From Gekko japonicus (taxonomy: Eukaryota), in contig NW_015162514.1 of assembly GCF_001447785.1 (NCBI RefSeq), positions 506,274 to 570,273 on the forward strand: a stretch of DNA of 64,000 bases, in the 5' to 3' direction. Under the pieces are notes generated by a model. The model was not told the DNA's origin and searched no databases. It saw only the letters and a program-made list of their open reading frames with translations. Shown here piece after piece: positions 36,815-49,718 of the stretch. Each line of letters opens with the position of its first letter. The stretch's first letter is position 1. Both the position numbers and the translations under genes were made by a program.

Positions 36815-37285
36815 TTATACTATTAATGCACATCCTGAGAACCCGGACCCCAGTTTGTTTAAAATTAGAGACCATTTTTCTAACAGATCGGCTTGAGTCT
36901 GCTTGTTCTCAGTTCTTGCAGTACCGTCTGAAATTTTACCAAGAATACAATATTCTTTGAGTTTGTTAATCCACTGTCGTAAGGTAGGAATGTTTTTGGT
37001 TTTCCATTGTGGGGCGAGAAGATGCTTTGCTGTCACCATCATCAGGAGTAGCTCTTTATGTGCCCTAGGGATTCTCAGAATATCCCACAAGTTAAGGAGG
37101 ACCACTTTAGGAGTTTTTGGTATGTCGTATCCCGTATAGTCTTTAACGTGTGTCAAAATTTGAGTCCAGTATTTGACTTCTGTGCATGCCCACCAGCTGT
37201 GCAGGAACGTTCCTTTCTCTCCACATTGTTTCCAACATGCTGATGATAACGGTTGGAGTAACATGGGAGAACATGGCAGGTGTAA
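36815..37285 (-). mobile_element. L1/Tx1-type LINE ORF2 C-terminal fragment
   Basis: CWKQCGEKGTFLHSWWAC cysteine-rich motif. Confidence 0.8.
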
Positions 37286-37327
37286 AATACCGTCTAGATC
37301 TGTGACTGTTGTTTTCTTGCATTTCAG

Positions 37328-37498
37328 TGTCAGGTGGAACTGAACAGGAAAGTCCTGGCTGACATGGCGATCTACGAACCCAAGACATTCAAGTCCCTGG
37401 CGGCATTGGCTAAAAGGAGGGGAGAAGAAGGCCTTGTCGCTGCTAAGGAAGGAAAAGAACCGGAGGGAATATTTTCACGCTACGTGCCGTATTACTAA
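37328..37498 (+). CDS. MRPL20: MRPL20 exon 4 (protein 148 aa)
   Basis: ttcag|[31 protein letters not shown]...[14 protein letters not shown]. Confidence 0.97.
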   Translation, partial: CQVELNRKVLADMAIYEPKTFKSLAALAKRRGEEGLVAAKEGKEPEGIFSRYVPYY

Positions 37499-37536
37499 AG
37501 CTGCGGTGATCGGCCCGCTTGCTGAGATGTACTAAA

Positions 37537-37542
37537 ATTAAA
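37537..37542 (+). terminator. MRPL20: Candidate MRPL20 poly(A) signal ATTAAA
   Basis: ATTAAA about 40 nt after the stop, followed by T/GT-rich sequence. Confidence 0.5.
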
Positions 37543-38305
37543 AGGAAACACTTTGGTTTTGCAAAACGTAGCCTCAGGTTGTAAAGCGAAGCAAGTCGGA
37601 TCTCTGATGGGGGTGGGATCGTCCTTTCTTAACTTTGAAGATTATAACCCACTGTTTGTACAGGAGCCTACGTAGCAATTAAAATTTAATAGGGCCTGTA
37701 TTTTCAACACCGGGACAGGAGATCCAGCAAGTTTGTCTTCAGCAAAGAACTTTCCCCTCCTAGTGTGAACAGAGGCTTGAACAGAGCCCTTTGGCCACTT
37801 CATTTGCTCATCACGATTTCCCTCTCATTTAAGATTCAAATGCCAAAGCCTCCCTTGTTCACCTGCAGAAGAGGAGGTTATGGAGTCCATTGTCTACATC
37901 CTGGCTTGAGAGAAAGCAGTTTAAATGCATCAAAAGCTATGTCGGGAGTCGGGGAAGAGCAGATTAATTCCTCCAGATGCAGATCCACAATTAAGACTGC
38001 CTTATGAGTCTTTCTGCACTATATATTCTTTTAATTAAAAGGACTCTTTAAATTGTTTATGGCTACTGTTGTGTCCTTTGTCTCTCTGGTATAGAGCCAG
38101 TGAAACTCTGGTTTGTGGGATGAATTTGGGTGTGCAAGTGGAGATGTTCCATCTCCAGGGATGTGATGTGGGTTGAGAAACTTCCACAAGCTAGTGGCAG
38201 AGAGCAGGAAGCAGGCAAAATCAAGGAAATTCCTATCCTGGGTTTTGTTGATCTTTTAGTGGGGTTAGGAAGTGTGTATATTTGAAATACAGCATTGTGT
38301 GTGGA

Positions 38306-38595
38306 AAAGAAATCAACCCTGACTGTTCCCTGGAAGGCCAGATAATGAAACTGAAGCTCCAATACTTTGGTCACCAAATGAGAAGGGAGCACTCACTAGA
38401 GAAGACCCTGATGCTGGGAAAGACTGAAGGTCAAAGAAGACGGGGATGGCAAAGGATGAGATGGTTAGACAGTGTCATAGATGCAACGAACATGAAGTTG
38501 AGCAAACTTCAGAGGACGGCGGAAGACCAGAAAGCCTGGCGTGATCTGGTCCATGGGGTCGCGAAGAGTTGGACTCGACTGCGACTGAACAACAA
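38306..38595 (+). mobile_element. RTE-BovB 3' fragment
   Basis: EINPDCSLEGQIMKLKLQYFGH...; TSD ATTGTGTGTGGA at 38294-38305 and 38596-38607. Confidence 0.95.
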
Positions 38596-39382
38596 ATTGT
38601 GTGTGGAGAGGGAACAGATTCTTGTCTGTTTGAGGTCTTTGAAATTTTAAAGTGTGGGTACCTTGAAGAAAAAAAATAGAAATTGAGCACCTCAAGCTTC
38701 CATGTTTCGGAAGGTGGGTATGGTCTGTTAAGTGCTGATAGTTACATCTCTTGTGAAGAGGGCCAGTCACTTGAAAAGAAACGGGCTCAAGCATACACAA
38801 AGCCTTTCCTTACTGAGCAGGAGTTGCTTCCTTTTGTTTCTAGATTGTTTTTGGTATAGTTGCCAAAATGGAATTGTTAACCTGACACAATTAACACACG
38901 CACAGGCCAGGCGCTCAGTTGAATAGAGGGGGGGAAACTTTATTCCAGGAATAACGGGGTCAAAGGCAAAACGATGACACAGGGTGGGCTTTTATACCCC
39001 TACACAAACAACTTTAAAAGTTGCATTTTTGTTCTGTTCCCATGGCTAACTTCCGCATGTCAGCAAGCAAGCAGATAAGCTTCTGATCTCATTTGAGACA
39101 TTCTGAAGACCCTTTGTTCTTCTCCCCACTCCCCATATTCTCTCTGTTCCATCAGTATCATGTTTCTGGGCCATGTGCAGAGTGCCTTACTTTTGAAAGT
39201 GAGGTTTTTAAAAATGTGTGTTATAGAAAAGAGGAATAAATATTGAATACACCCCAGTTTGATTTATTTTGCCATCAAGTCAGAGCTGATTTAGGACACA
39301 TCTGTCAGGTTTTCCAGGGCAGGAAGATGTTCAAAGGTAGTTTTGCAATTGCCTGCTTCTGTGTTTGAGCCCTGGTATTCCT

Positions 39383-40205
39383 TGATGAATCACAAGCTGG
39401 AGTTAAGTTTGCTGGGGAAAAGATCAATAACCTCAGATATGCAGACGATACCACTCTGATGGCAGAAAGTGAAGAGGACCTCAAGAGCCTCTTGCTCAGG
39501 GTAAAAGAGGAGAGCGCAAAAGTGGGCTTGAAGCTCAACATCAAAAAAACTAAGATCATGACATCTGGCCTCATCACTCCTTGGCAAATAGAAGGGGAAG
39601 TCGTAGAAGTAGTGACAGACTTCACGTTCCTGGGATCCCAGATCACTGCAGATGGTGACTGCAGCCATGAAATTAAAAGACGCCTGCTCCTGGGGAGGAA
39701 AGCGATGGTGAACCTAAACAGCATGATAAAAAGCAGAGACATCACCCTGCCAACAAACGTCCGCATGGTCAAAGCAATGGTATTCCCAATAGTCATGTAT
39801 GGCTGCGAAAGTTGGACTATAAGGAAGGCCGAGCGCCAAAGAATAGATTCTATTGAACGATGGTGCTGGAGAAGACTCTTGAGAGTCCCTTGGACTGCAA
39901 GGAGATCAAATCAGTCAATCCTAAAAGAAATCAACCCTGACTGTTCCCTGGAAGGCCAGATAATGAAACTGAAGCTCAAATACTTTAGCCACCAAATGAG
40001 AAGGGAGCCCTCACTGGAGAAGACCCTGATGCTGGGAAAGATTGGAGGTCAAAGAAGACGGGGACGGCAAAGGATGAGATGGTTAGACAGTGTCATCGAT
40101 GCAACGAACATGAAATTGAGCCAACTTCAGAGGACGGCGGAAGACAGGAAGGCCTGGTGTGATCTGGTCCATGGGGTCAACTGTGCGACTGAACAACAAC
40201 AACAA
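39383..40205 (+). mobile_element. RTE-BovB LINE fragment with RT YADD motif, inserted in a 5S-SINE
   Basis: INNLRYADDTTLMAESEEDLKSLL... uninterrupted frame; (CAA)n tail. Confidence 0.97.
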
Positions 40206-40689
40206 AATCCCTTGGAGATCTCCCATCCAAATAAATTAGCCTGGGTTAATCCAGGTCAGGGCTTTATTTACATCAAAATCTTCCCAAAGGAGTGACCATC
40301 TAACCTAGCCAGTCAGATTAAAATGTAGGCCATGCTATTTTAATTGCTGTGATCTTCCTCTTTGAACAGGACTGGAACTCTGTTTCCAAATTAAAACACA
40401 TTTGGGATCATTAGCCCGGAGCAACCTTTATGGGGAAGTCCTGGTTGAATTTTCCCATAGAGATAATCAACCTGTGGTTGGGTTGTACCATTGGAAACGG
40501 TAGGGGAATGTTTAAACCATTGAACGCGCCAGTATGTTAAATATTTCCTTCCACGCAGGAAATTAGCATGATAGGGAGAAGCGTTGCGGGTTCGACTTCT
40601 CTGTAGTATGTTAATTTTATATGTGGACGGATATGGGGAGATGTGTGAAGGCCTCTGGATGGCACAAACCACCCCTATAATAGAACGTG

Positions 40690-41680
40690 GTACAGCCCAA
40701 CGTCGTGAGAGGGGGGGGAAACAGGCCTTTCGTAGGCGGCCGTTAGTGGGTACGCGCGGTGGACGCTGGGAGCTCTCGTCATTCCCCTTGACTAACCCTC
40801 TCACCCGCCTCGCCTAGTTTCGGAGGGGGGGAGGGGGGGAAATCAAATTCCTGGCCGCTGCGTCACAATGAGGAACCCCCGCGTCCAATGGGAACGCGGC
40901 GGCCAGTTGCGGGCAGCCAATGGCGAGGAAGAGGAGCGACGAGAGGGCGGAAGCGAGGGGGAGGGCATAAAGGACGAGGCGATTCAGTCCGTCCGTGTGT
41001 GAGGTGAATCCGCGACGTCGTCGTCGAGACAAGATGGCGGCGGCGATAATGGCGGCGGCGGGAGGAGGTGGCGGAGGAGGGGTAGCGGCGGCGGCAGCGG
41101 CAGCAGCCCTGGCGGGGCTCGGCCCGGGGATGCCGCCCGGCCCGGGTCCGTCGTCGTCCTTCCCCTCCGGCGGCCTCCTGGTCCCCCCTCAGCCGCCCCC
41201 TCCGGGCGCCGTCCGGATCGGCGACCGCCTGTACTCGGGGGTGCTGATCACGCTGGAGAACTGCCTCCTCTCGGACGACGCGCTCCGCTTCACGCCTTCC
41301 ATGGGCAGCGGCCTGGAGGCCGAGACCGAAGGGCAGCTCCGCATCACCGGCTGCGAGCTCATCCAGGCCGCCGGCATTCTGCTCCGGCTTCCTCAGGTAG
41401 GCCGCGGGAGGGGGAGGGGGGAGAGGAAAGGCCTCGGCGGGAGACTCGGCCCGGGCGGAGGGGGAAGGGCGCGGGAAAGGGCCGCGGAGAGGCAAAGCCG
41501 CGGGGGTGTGTGTCTGTGGACGGAGTCGGGGGCCTGCTCTCGCCGGAGGAAGGGGGAGAGCCGGGACCGCCGCCATGAGCTCCTGGGCGGAAACGGCGGA
41601 TTGAAACAATAAATGCCGGAGACGCGAAGGGAAAAATACGGGACGAGGGTCTCCTGCTGGGTGGGTTAGCGGGACTTATT
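40690..41680 (+). promoter_or_regulatory. CCNL2: CCNL2 CpG-island promoter
   Basis: Two CCAAT boxes 32 bp apart (40885, 40917), CRE-like TGCGTCAC near 40859, CGGAAG, CATAAA at 40966, YY1-type AAGATGGCGG over the start codon. Confidence 0.85.
41034..41396 (+). CDS. CCNL2: Cyclin L2 exon 1
   Basis: [12 protein letters not shown]...[18 protein letters not shown]...[20 protein letters not shown]|GTAGGC. Confidence 0.97.
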
Positions 41681-44600
41681 TATCCGATTTATCTTGTTTG
41701 TTGACTGATTTATCGGATTGATGTGCCGCCCCTCCCCGCCGCCTCGACCGGAAACCTGGTGGAAGAGCTCCGTCTTGCAGGCCCTGCGGTTTGCCCAGGC
41801 TGGCCTGATCTCGGAAGCTAAGCAAGGTGGGACCAGTGTTCCCTCTAAGCTGATTTAGCGTGAGCTGGCTCACAGTTTTTTTTGCCTCCGGCTCACACAT
41901 TTTTGTCTCTGCTCAGGAAGGAGGGCTCCAGAGCCGACTAATCTATGCAGCAGCCAAATTGCTTGCTCACAACTTTAATGCCAGGAGCTCACAGATTCGA
42001 ATTTTTGCTTACAGGAATCCAGTGCTTAGAGGGAATGTTGCGTGGGTCTTGGGTAGGGGTTAGATGGGAGACCGCCAAGGAAGGCCGGGGTCGCTGCGCT
42101 GGGGCAGGCGATGGCAAACCACTCCGGGGAATCTCTGGACTTGGACACCGTATACAGGGTCGCCATGAATCGGCTGCCGCTTGACGGCACTTCCCACCAC
42201 GAGTGCTGGGGATGTGAAACAATAGTAGGATCATATAGTTGGAAGGGAATCCCCAGAGTCATCTAGTCTGACCCCCTGCACATTGCAGGAAATTCAAATT
42301 CCCCACACACACACCACAGGGTAAGGGTGTTTTGTCCTTCCTGTTGGCAGGTATGAATATGGAATATTTTCATATATTTTTTTTTACTTTCTGTTCATTC
42401 AGAAACTGTTTGGGAAACTTTGATTTGGGGGTGGAAACAGAAGTAAATAATGAAAATGTCTATTTTGTTAGTGCCCTGCTGTCTGACTGAAGTTGTCCAT
42501 AGATGACTTCTGATGATCTCTATGTGTATTGATATTGTAATACCCCTGTCAAATTCATTCATGTGTGTGTGTGTGCACGCACATGCACAGAGAAGAAGGA
42601 GGATTTTGGTTGACTGGCAGGGTAGAGACAACATATAGGATATAGGAGATATAGGATGAATATCCACAGTGATCTCTAATAAAAATACATATAATACAAA
42701 AGGGTTTTTTTCTGTCCTGCCTTTCCATGAAAAAAAATCCAAGGAATCTCACAAACCAGTAAAATTACAACACTGAAAAATCAGGAATATTGTTAAAGTG
42801 GCAAGAGTTTCAGCAGCGGCAAAGGATCAGAATAACAAATGCCTTGTGTCGTGTGCTCTTGTGAGGCAGAGTTGACTTCATCAGATGAACGAAGGAAGGC
42901 TCTCACTGGGAAGTATCAGGGGGAGCGTGTTACAAAGAGATGCCAGAAAGGCTAGGCATTCCAAGACATGGGTTAAGTTACATGCCATGCCCTGATGGTA
43001 AGCAAGAGAGCCAGTTTAAAAAAGGGGTCTAATAATTTAGGACAACTCCCCCTGTGATTGAATTAGCCAAAATTGTCAATCAGAGTTAAGCCACCCCCAG
43101 ACCTATTGAATGCAAGTTTGATCAGTTTAAATTTGCATGTGAATTTCCAACTGCTGGGCTTCTCCTTTTCATTTGAAAGACTTTTATCCCATCTTTAAAT
43201 CAAATTATCCTAGGGCAGCTTACAAACAATACAAGAAAAACAGCTCCAGATGGAATGTGGCTTTTGGCTCTTCTGTCAGCAGTGGAGTGAGGGGGCAGGC
43301 AATGAAATTAAAACTTCCCTGTTATTTTTATTTTCCTGCAGCTGTCTTTGGGGAGCCTGTGGCAAAATTCAGTGTGTGTGGGTGGGATATCTCCCTAAGC
43401 TTTTTGAAGGCTATTTTAATAGTATATGCCCAATTTCATTTTTAAAATATGTCTTCCCACCTGTACTTAAGCTCAATATGGCTTCCATAACAAATTTTAA
43501 AAATGGAATATTACCTACCACACAATTTCAGCAATAACAGTAAATTGGAAACCAGAGAGACCTTTGGTCTAATGCGACAAGGCTTATTGGCCAAGAGGAT
43601 TCAGAATGGGACCTCCATGTATAGAGATATGCCTATGATGATTCGTGCCCTGCTTTTTGACTTCCCAGAGGCATCTGGTTTACCACCAGTAAAAATGGGA
43701 TTATTGTCTAGCTGGGACTTCCCAGCAAGGCAATTCTTAGAAAAGATTTGAGAACTTTGTGGAGGTAGAAGGATATCAGTAGCTGTTAGCTGTGAAAAGA
43801 GAGAGGGGAGTCTCCATTTTCAGAAGCACAGTGGGGCTGGCAGTCTCTGTTTTGATCCTGTCAGAAATGTGGTGCTGCACAAGAGAGATCCATTACATGG
43901 TCTTTCAATTTTTGTTTTAGCCACTGTTTTGGAATTTCCACATTTGGAAGCATTGTACCACGAAACATCAGTGGCTAAGTGCTAAACTGTGGAAGGCTGT
44001 TGTTATCACTTCCGGCCACTGTTAGAATCCACATGCTGGTGGCCAGATGGACCTTGATGTGATGCAGTACTCCTCAAATACAAACTTTTCTTACTACTTT
44101 AACAACATAAAGTGCAACATTTTATAACTTAGCATACAACGTTCTACTTTTGGACTGTTTATTAAGTGAAAGTGTCTTAGTTTTCCTCAAACAGAATTCA
44201 GAATATATCACATATGAGAGTGCTACACCCACTGTGTGATTCATGCAACCTTAGCATATCGATTCCAATGACTACCATCTGCAATGTGGGGGGGGGGGAT
44301 AAAAGTTGAGAATACAAAACACAAAGTAATTATTTGGATGCTGTTATGCTGTCACAATAGAATTACCAGCATATTTAGATATCAGTTTAAACTTTATAAC
44401 ACTGAACTTCTCATATCAATATAAGTTCATTTATATACATTATAGAAAAAATTACTTGCATTTAAACAATATGCGTGCATTGTATATTTCTCGTAAATAT
44501 AGGTGTTATTGTCTACTGCTGTAGATTGTTTTTATGTAAAAATAACTTCACATATTTAATTAGTGAAACCATGTTTTAAGGATTTTATTCCTAACAAGAA

Positions 44601-44799
44601 AATATTTTGAGTTTTTTCCAGTCTCTCCCCCTTCCCCCCACTTTACAGTTGGAAGAAATAGGTGGGGGCAGTCCTCAGGCAAAAAATAGGGGGAGGGGCT
44701 GGGAGAAGTTGGGGAAAGTGAGAGAGAGATCATCCTGACCGGTTTATGAGATTTTTTATCTCTTATGCTGGTTTGCATATATACCTGTTAAAAAAGCAT

Positions 44800-45250
44800 T
44801 AAAATGTGGGGGGGAAATTCCTGATATTGTATTTGATTACCTCTGCTAGAATATTATATGCTAAATATTGGAGAAGAGCAGAAACACCATCCAGAGGAGA
44901 AATTAACAAAATTTTGGAAACAGCAGAAATGGATAAATTGACCTTATTGTTGAAAAATCAACCGGAAAGTACATTCGAAAATACATGGTCAAGATTTTAT
45001 ATTTGGTTTGAGAACTATACTAATTTAAGCAATACAGTCAACTAAAAATTATTTTTGGAGAACATTGAAAATATAACTTTACATATGCGCAAAAAAGACT
45101 TTAAACCTATGAGATGGTCTATATAAAGGTATTACAAATTCGGCATAAGCGTGTTAAATCTTTGGAATCAGAATTGCCCCCTCATTAGTGTTTGTATGTT
45201 TATGTATGTCTATATTTGTGTGTTTAAAATAAAGAAAAAATATGATTAAA
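44800..45250 (+). mobile_element. L1/Tx1-type LINE 3' end in CCNL2 intron 1
   Basis: YLITSARILYAKYW...AEMDKLT...W; followed by AATAAA and an A-rich tail near 45227. Confidence 0.7.
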
Positions 45251-47164
45251 AAAGCACAAAAATACCAACTGTAATGATTAAGGCAGCACAGCCCTTTTGT
45301 GGAGAGGAAACTTAACAATGGGGAGGGAAAGGAGCAGTTNNNNNNNNNNNNNNNNNNNNNNNNNNNNNNNNNNNNNNNNNNNNNNNNNNNNNNNNNNNNN
45401 NNNNNNNTGAGCCGTGGTTGCATCTGTTCGTGGTTGCATCTGTTCGGAGAAAAGGCTTGGAAGAGTCCCTTGAAAGCTTCCACATCTGCTGCTTTGTTCA
45501 GAGTCCTTGCTAGTGCTGAACGTAGGGCTTTTGTTCTTCCCCCCCAGACAGATGCTGTGCAATCGAACCCTCAAACAAAGAACCCCAGACTCCTGAGCTT
45601 AATAGGATCTTAAGTTTCACCAGAATCCTCCTCGGGTCTGCGATTTTCCTTGCCAGGGCAGGGTGAATGGCAGACTATTCCCTGTTGATTATATTGGAGG
45701 CTCCCCGGCATTAACCTGGCTCTCTTCCAGGAAGTGGATGATGTAACAGCCTTGCCCAGAAATGACAGCCGTCTCCTCCCTCCCTAGTCATGTACGCCGG
45801 CTGAGCCTGCTGATTATTGTCTTTCTGTTTCTCTGACGTTGAGGATGTCACTTTGTGTTCTTCCTTCCCCATGTCGTAAGTTCTTCTTTTTAGGCAAATC
45901 AGCTTTTGGTTTCCCTTCAGGGCCACCTTTGATGAAATCTTTTTTTTATTATTACTATTATTGTACCTGTATGTGGAGTACCCAGCTGTGCGTGCTTGCT
46001 TGAATGTAGGACGGCAGCCATACAGGTGAACAGAACAGTTGGAGTGGCTATCTTCTGGTATGAGATTTGTAAATCAGTAACGTATTAGGTTTCTTGTTAA
46101 TGCTGAGTAAATATTTCAGATTTCTGTGTACCAGGGACTGAAATGAGTGGGGGAAACCCTCCAATTGCAGGCAGTAAATTTGTACAATTATAGCTGCTTT
46201 GCCACCTTCCCATCTCTTATGTGTTGGAGTACAGAAGTTCTGCATGTGGGTTCATCAGCACTATTCCTAGTTACGATCCTGGAATACAGCAATCTTTAAC
46301 TCCTGATTCAAGATCCTCGAGCAGGTTGCGAACTCCATAGAGCTTCCCTGCTTTTTGGAAGGACTGACTTAGTTTGCACGTGTATAAGGCAGCAGGAGGC
46401 CAGTTAATCCTCAGATGTTCTGTATGCACTTCAGTCATGGAGGGTGTTTTCTCCAGCACAGACTTGTGAGGTTATTACTCATGGTCCTGTCACATGTCTA
46501 CTCTTTCAATGTGTCCTGTGCTGCTGCCTGGAGGCTGAAAGCAGGTTCCAAGTCCAGTTGGGTTGAAGACTGCTGCCTTTAAGCACATGTCGAAGGGATG
46601 AAGTGGGATTTATTTTGGTCATCTTCAGATGATGTCAGACAGCTGTTCTCAACACACACGCACACACCCTGCAGTCTGTTTTTTGTGTCAGATTTCGCAA
46701 ATCACGTGCATCTGTCTTATCTGAAGAAATGCCATGTGATTTGCAATCCACATCTGTAGTGACATGGTTGGTGTTCAGTTAGGAAAGTCAGATAACTCAG
46801 CAGTCAGCACCATAAAACAACCATCGAAGTACGGTTTTATTGGCGCAAGAGTGTGCGACTGAACAACAACAGAGTAGTCCTTGATGCAGGCCCCCCACAC
46901 TTCCTGGGATCCGCTGGCCCACATGGGCACAGTTTTGGGAGACATTAAAGTCTGCAGTGGGAATGTGGTAACAGGAAAGTTAATATTCCTCAAGTGTAAA
47001 TCTGTTTTCACTGCTTAGGTAAGGTTACAAGCCCAAGTCTAATAATATGTCAAAAATTAAGCATTTTTGATGCTATGGATTTGGTTCAAAAAGAATCTGT
47101 TCCTGGTTCCTCTTGAACATCGTTCATGAGCATTAATGGGTACATTGCATTTTTTTTTCTTTAG

Positions 47165-47239
47165 GTCGCCATGGCCACGGGGCAAGTGTTGTTCCAGCGT
47201 TTCTTTTACACAAAGTCATTTGTGAAACATTCCATGGAG
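47165..47239 (+). CDS. CCNL2: Cyclin L2 exon 2
   Basis: tttag|VAMATGQVLFQRFFYTKSFVKHSME|GTATGA. Confidence 0.97.
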
Positions 47240-47540
47240 GTATGAAATTCATTTTATGAAACTGAGCGTGAGCTGTTTTCTTATATTGTCTGATTCTACT
47301 TACTGGATTTTCTGCTTTGTACCTCAGCCATAAGATTATTTTACTGATAATTTCCATGAATCTTAGTTGAACATGAGCATACTTCTAAGCAAGCGCTGGT
47401 TGAAGTAATGCAAAAGCTGGCCCCCCCCCCCCCAGCAGGTTAATCCTCCATTTTGGTAGTGAACGCTAGAACATTTGTCCCTCCTCCAGCAACTCGGTCC
47501 TGGAATAAAGCTTACTATTTTGCCCGTGCTTCTCTTTCAG

Positions 47541-47650
47541 CATGTGTCGATGGCCTGTGTTCATTTGGCCTCAAAAATTGAAGAAGCCCCAAGACGTATA
47601 CGGGATGTGATTAATGTATTTCACAGACTTCGACATCTACGTGAGAAAAA
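47541..47650 (+). CDS. CCNL2: Cyclin L2 exon 3
   Basis: ttcag|[36 protein letters not shown]|GTAAGT. Confidence 0.97.
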
Positions 47651-48381
47651 GTAAGTGTGCAACATGCAAGGGGGTTACCTTAGCAGTGGGTCTTCATGGC
47701 CAAACTATCCAAGGAATGGGAAACCTGGACAGGAACTACTCAGCGGGTGGCAGTAAAAACTCAAAGGCCACTTGGCCCCACGACTCCTCTTCTCTCCCTC
47801 CTCCATCTCGAGGGGGGGGAACCACTGATTCCCCCCCCCCTTTAACGAGGCTATCCGGCCCAATCCAGTTTGTGTCACACAAAGTGCCTAGCTGGAGTGG
47901 CCTGGTCCCTCAACCCCTCCACAAGAAAGGGTTATGCTGTAACGGAGAGGATACACTGGCCCCAGTCGCCAGGCTAGAAAAAGAAGAGAGCCACTCGGAA
48001 GTCCTCTGGCAGCAACATCCGTTATGGGGGAAGACCAGGGAGGAAGCCTTAAATGTAAAATTGTGAACATCGGTGTTATTCAGTCAGAGCCAGTGGGATG
48101 TATAAGGATACAAGTAAACGAAATAGAATGTTTTCTGTTTCTGTGACATGTATACCCATCAGTGGGGAGACTAGACTGGGGGATCAGAATGAATTCCAGC
48201 AGTTTTATTTTAGTTTTATTTATTATATTTGTAGCCCGCCTTTCTCACAGGGACTCAAGGCAGATTACGCATAGTCAGTTCAAATATGCCAGCAACCCAG
48301 CCAGGTTACTCATATCGCAGAGCACGCTCTTCTCTTGCCTGTCTGGGCTGCAGCTTCAGCCTCCCCTCTTTCTCCAAACAG

Positions 48382-48502
48382 GAAGCCCGTGCCTCTAATA
48401 CTGGATCAAGAGTACGTTAACTTGAAGAACCAAATCATAAAGGCCGAGAGGAGAGTTCTGAAGGAGTTAGGGTTCTGTGTGCACGTCAAGCACCCTCATA
48501 AG
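48382..48502 (+). CDS. CCNL2: Cyclin L2 exon 4
   Basis: acag|[40 protein letters not shown]|GTTTGT. Confidence 0.97.
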
Positions 48503-49653
48503 GTTTGTATCTCTTCTCCCCCCCCCCCCCCCCCCATTTTCTTTGTCTGCACCACCACACGATAAGTCTTTGTTCCGACTGGATGGAAACGTGGCCCATG
48601 CTTCGTGTGTCATAGCTGAATTATAGCGGCATTCACTGTCTTTGTTTCTCACCTCAAGAAATTCTCACTAGCTGATTCCGTGTCTCCTTGGCTTGAAGAC
48701 TTGTGCCTTGAGTGTTGGCTGGACTCAACTGTCCAAGTCCTTAAGCAGTTTATTCTTGTGCCAGCAGGTAATGACAGATGCACTGTTGCCATTAAAGCCT
48801 GCTTGGCTGTCTTGAGGTTTGAGCGAGACAGCGGTTTGGGGAAGCTGACCAATTCCATCTGTTTTTTCCCCTTTCTCTTAAGCTGTCAGTGCAGAAATGG
48901 CCAGCCTGACTGGCTGTGACTCTGAAGCACACTTGCCAGTGCCAAAGACTGTATCACTCTTGTGCGCCGCACCATATGTGTTCAGAGGCGCAAAGCAGCA
49001 TATAGGATGACAAACAATTATATTGTGACCAGATACTATCCTGCTCAAAAGAAAAATACACTGGAGTGGTAATGTCAAACAAATACAATGAAAAAAAGGG
49101 TAAAAATAATGAAAATACAAGCGTGCAAAAGTGCCAGCATAAGATGAATGGATGTAAAATTGCTCAGGGTCCATTCATGCAGAAGGGAGAGTGCCCAATG
49201 TCCTGAATGAGTGCCAGCAGCAAAGCCAGTCTATTAAATCACACTGAGATAATCCTGATTCATGGGGAATTACGCTAGAGAAAGAGTGCTGACGTTTCTT
49301 CTTTCCTTACCAGTTGCTCCTGTATGTGTTGAGGTGGACGTGTAGGTGAAAGTCGTCTGAACTCTTAACAAGAATTTTTGGGAGCGTTAGGAGACATCTG
49401 CCTATAGATTAGAACCCATGCGTTTAGGAGACCAGGCCGGATGGAATACAGAGGAGGAAAGGTTGTGCTTTGCCTTCGAACGTTTTGTGTGTGTTTGCTT
49501 CTCTGTCTGCACTTGGCACTGTGTGGACACTCTGGAAGTCTCACAAGGATGCTTACCCAGACTAGAATAAGCTTGGTTGCCCCCAGCCATCTAAATGATA
49601 ACCTCTGTCCACAACCCAGTCATCTGTATAACTCAATCACCCATATCTTCCAG

Positions 49654-49718
49654 ATAATCGTTATGTACCTTCAGGTATTAGAATGTGAACGTAACCAACA
49701 CCTGGTCCAGACGTCATG
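49654..49718 (+). CDS. CCNL2: Cyclin L2 exon 5
   Basis: ccag|[21 protein letters not shown](W)|GTAAGT. Confidence 0.97.

Larger units (their letters stand above)
3984..45407. other. Span containing seven assembly gaps (3984-4458, 6741-7692, 8768-8820, 21401-22356, 23504-23779, 35401-36219, 45340-45407)
   Basis: Runs of N. Confidence 0.99.

Noticed and set aside
40863-41609. 248-aa antisense ORF over CCNL2 exon 1
   Set aside because: CpG-island shadow with low-complexity composition.
3767-45613. Long ORFs containing runs of X
   Set aside because: Artefacts of translating through N gaps.
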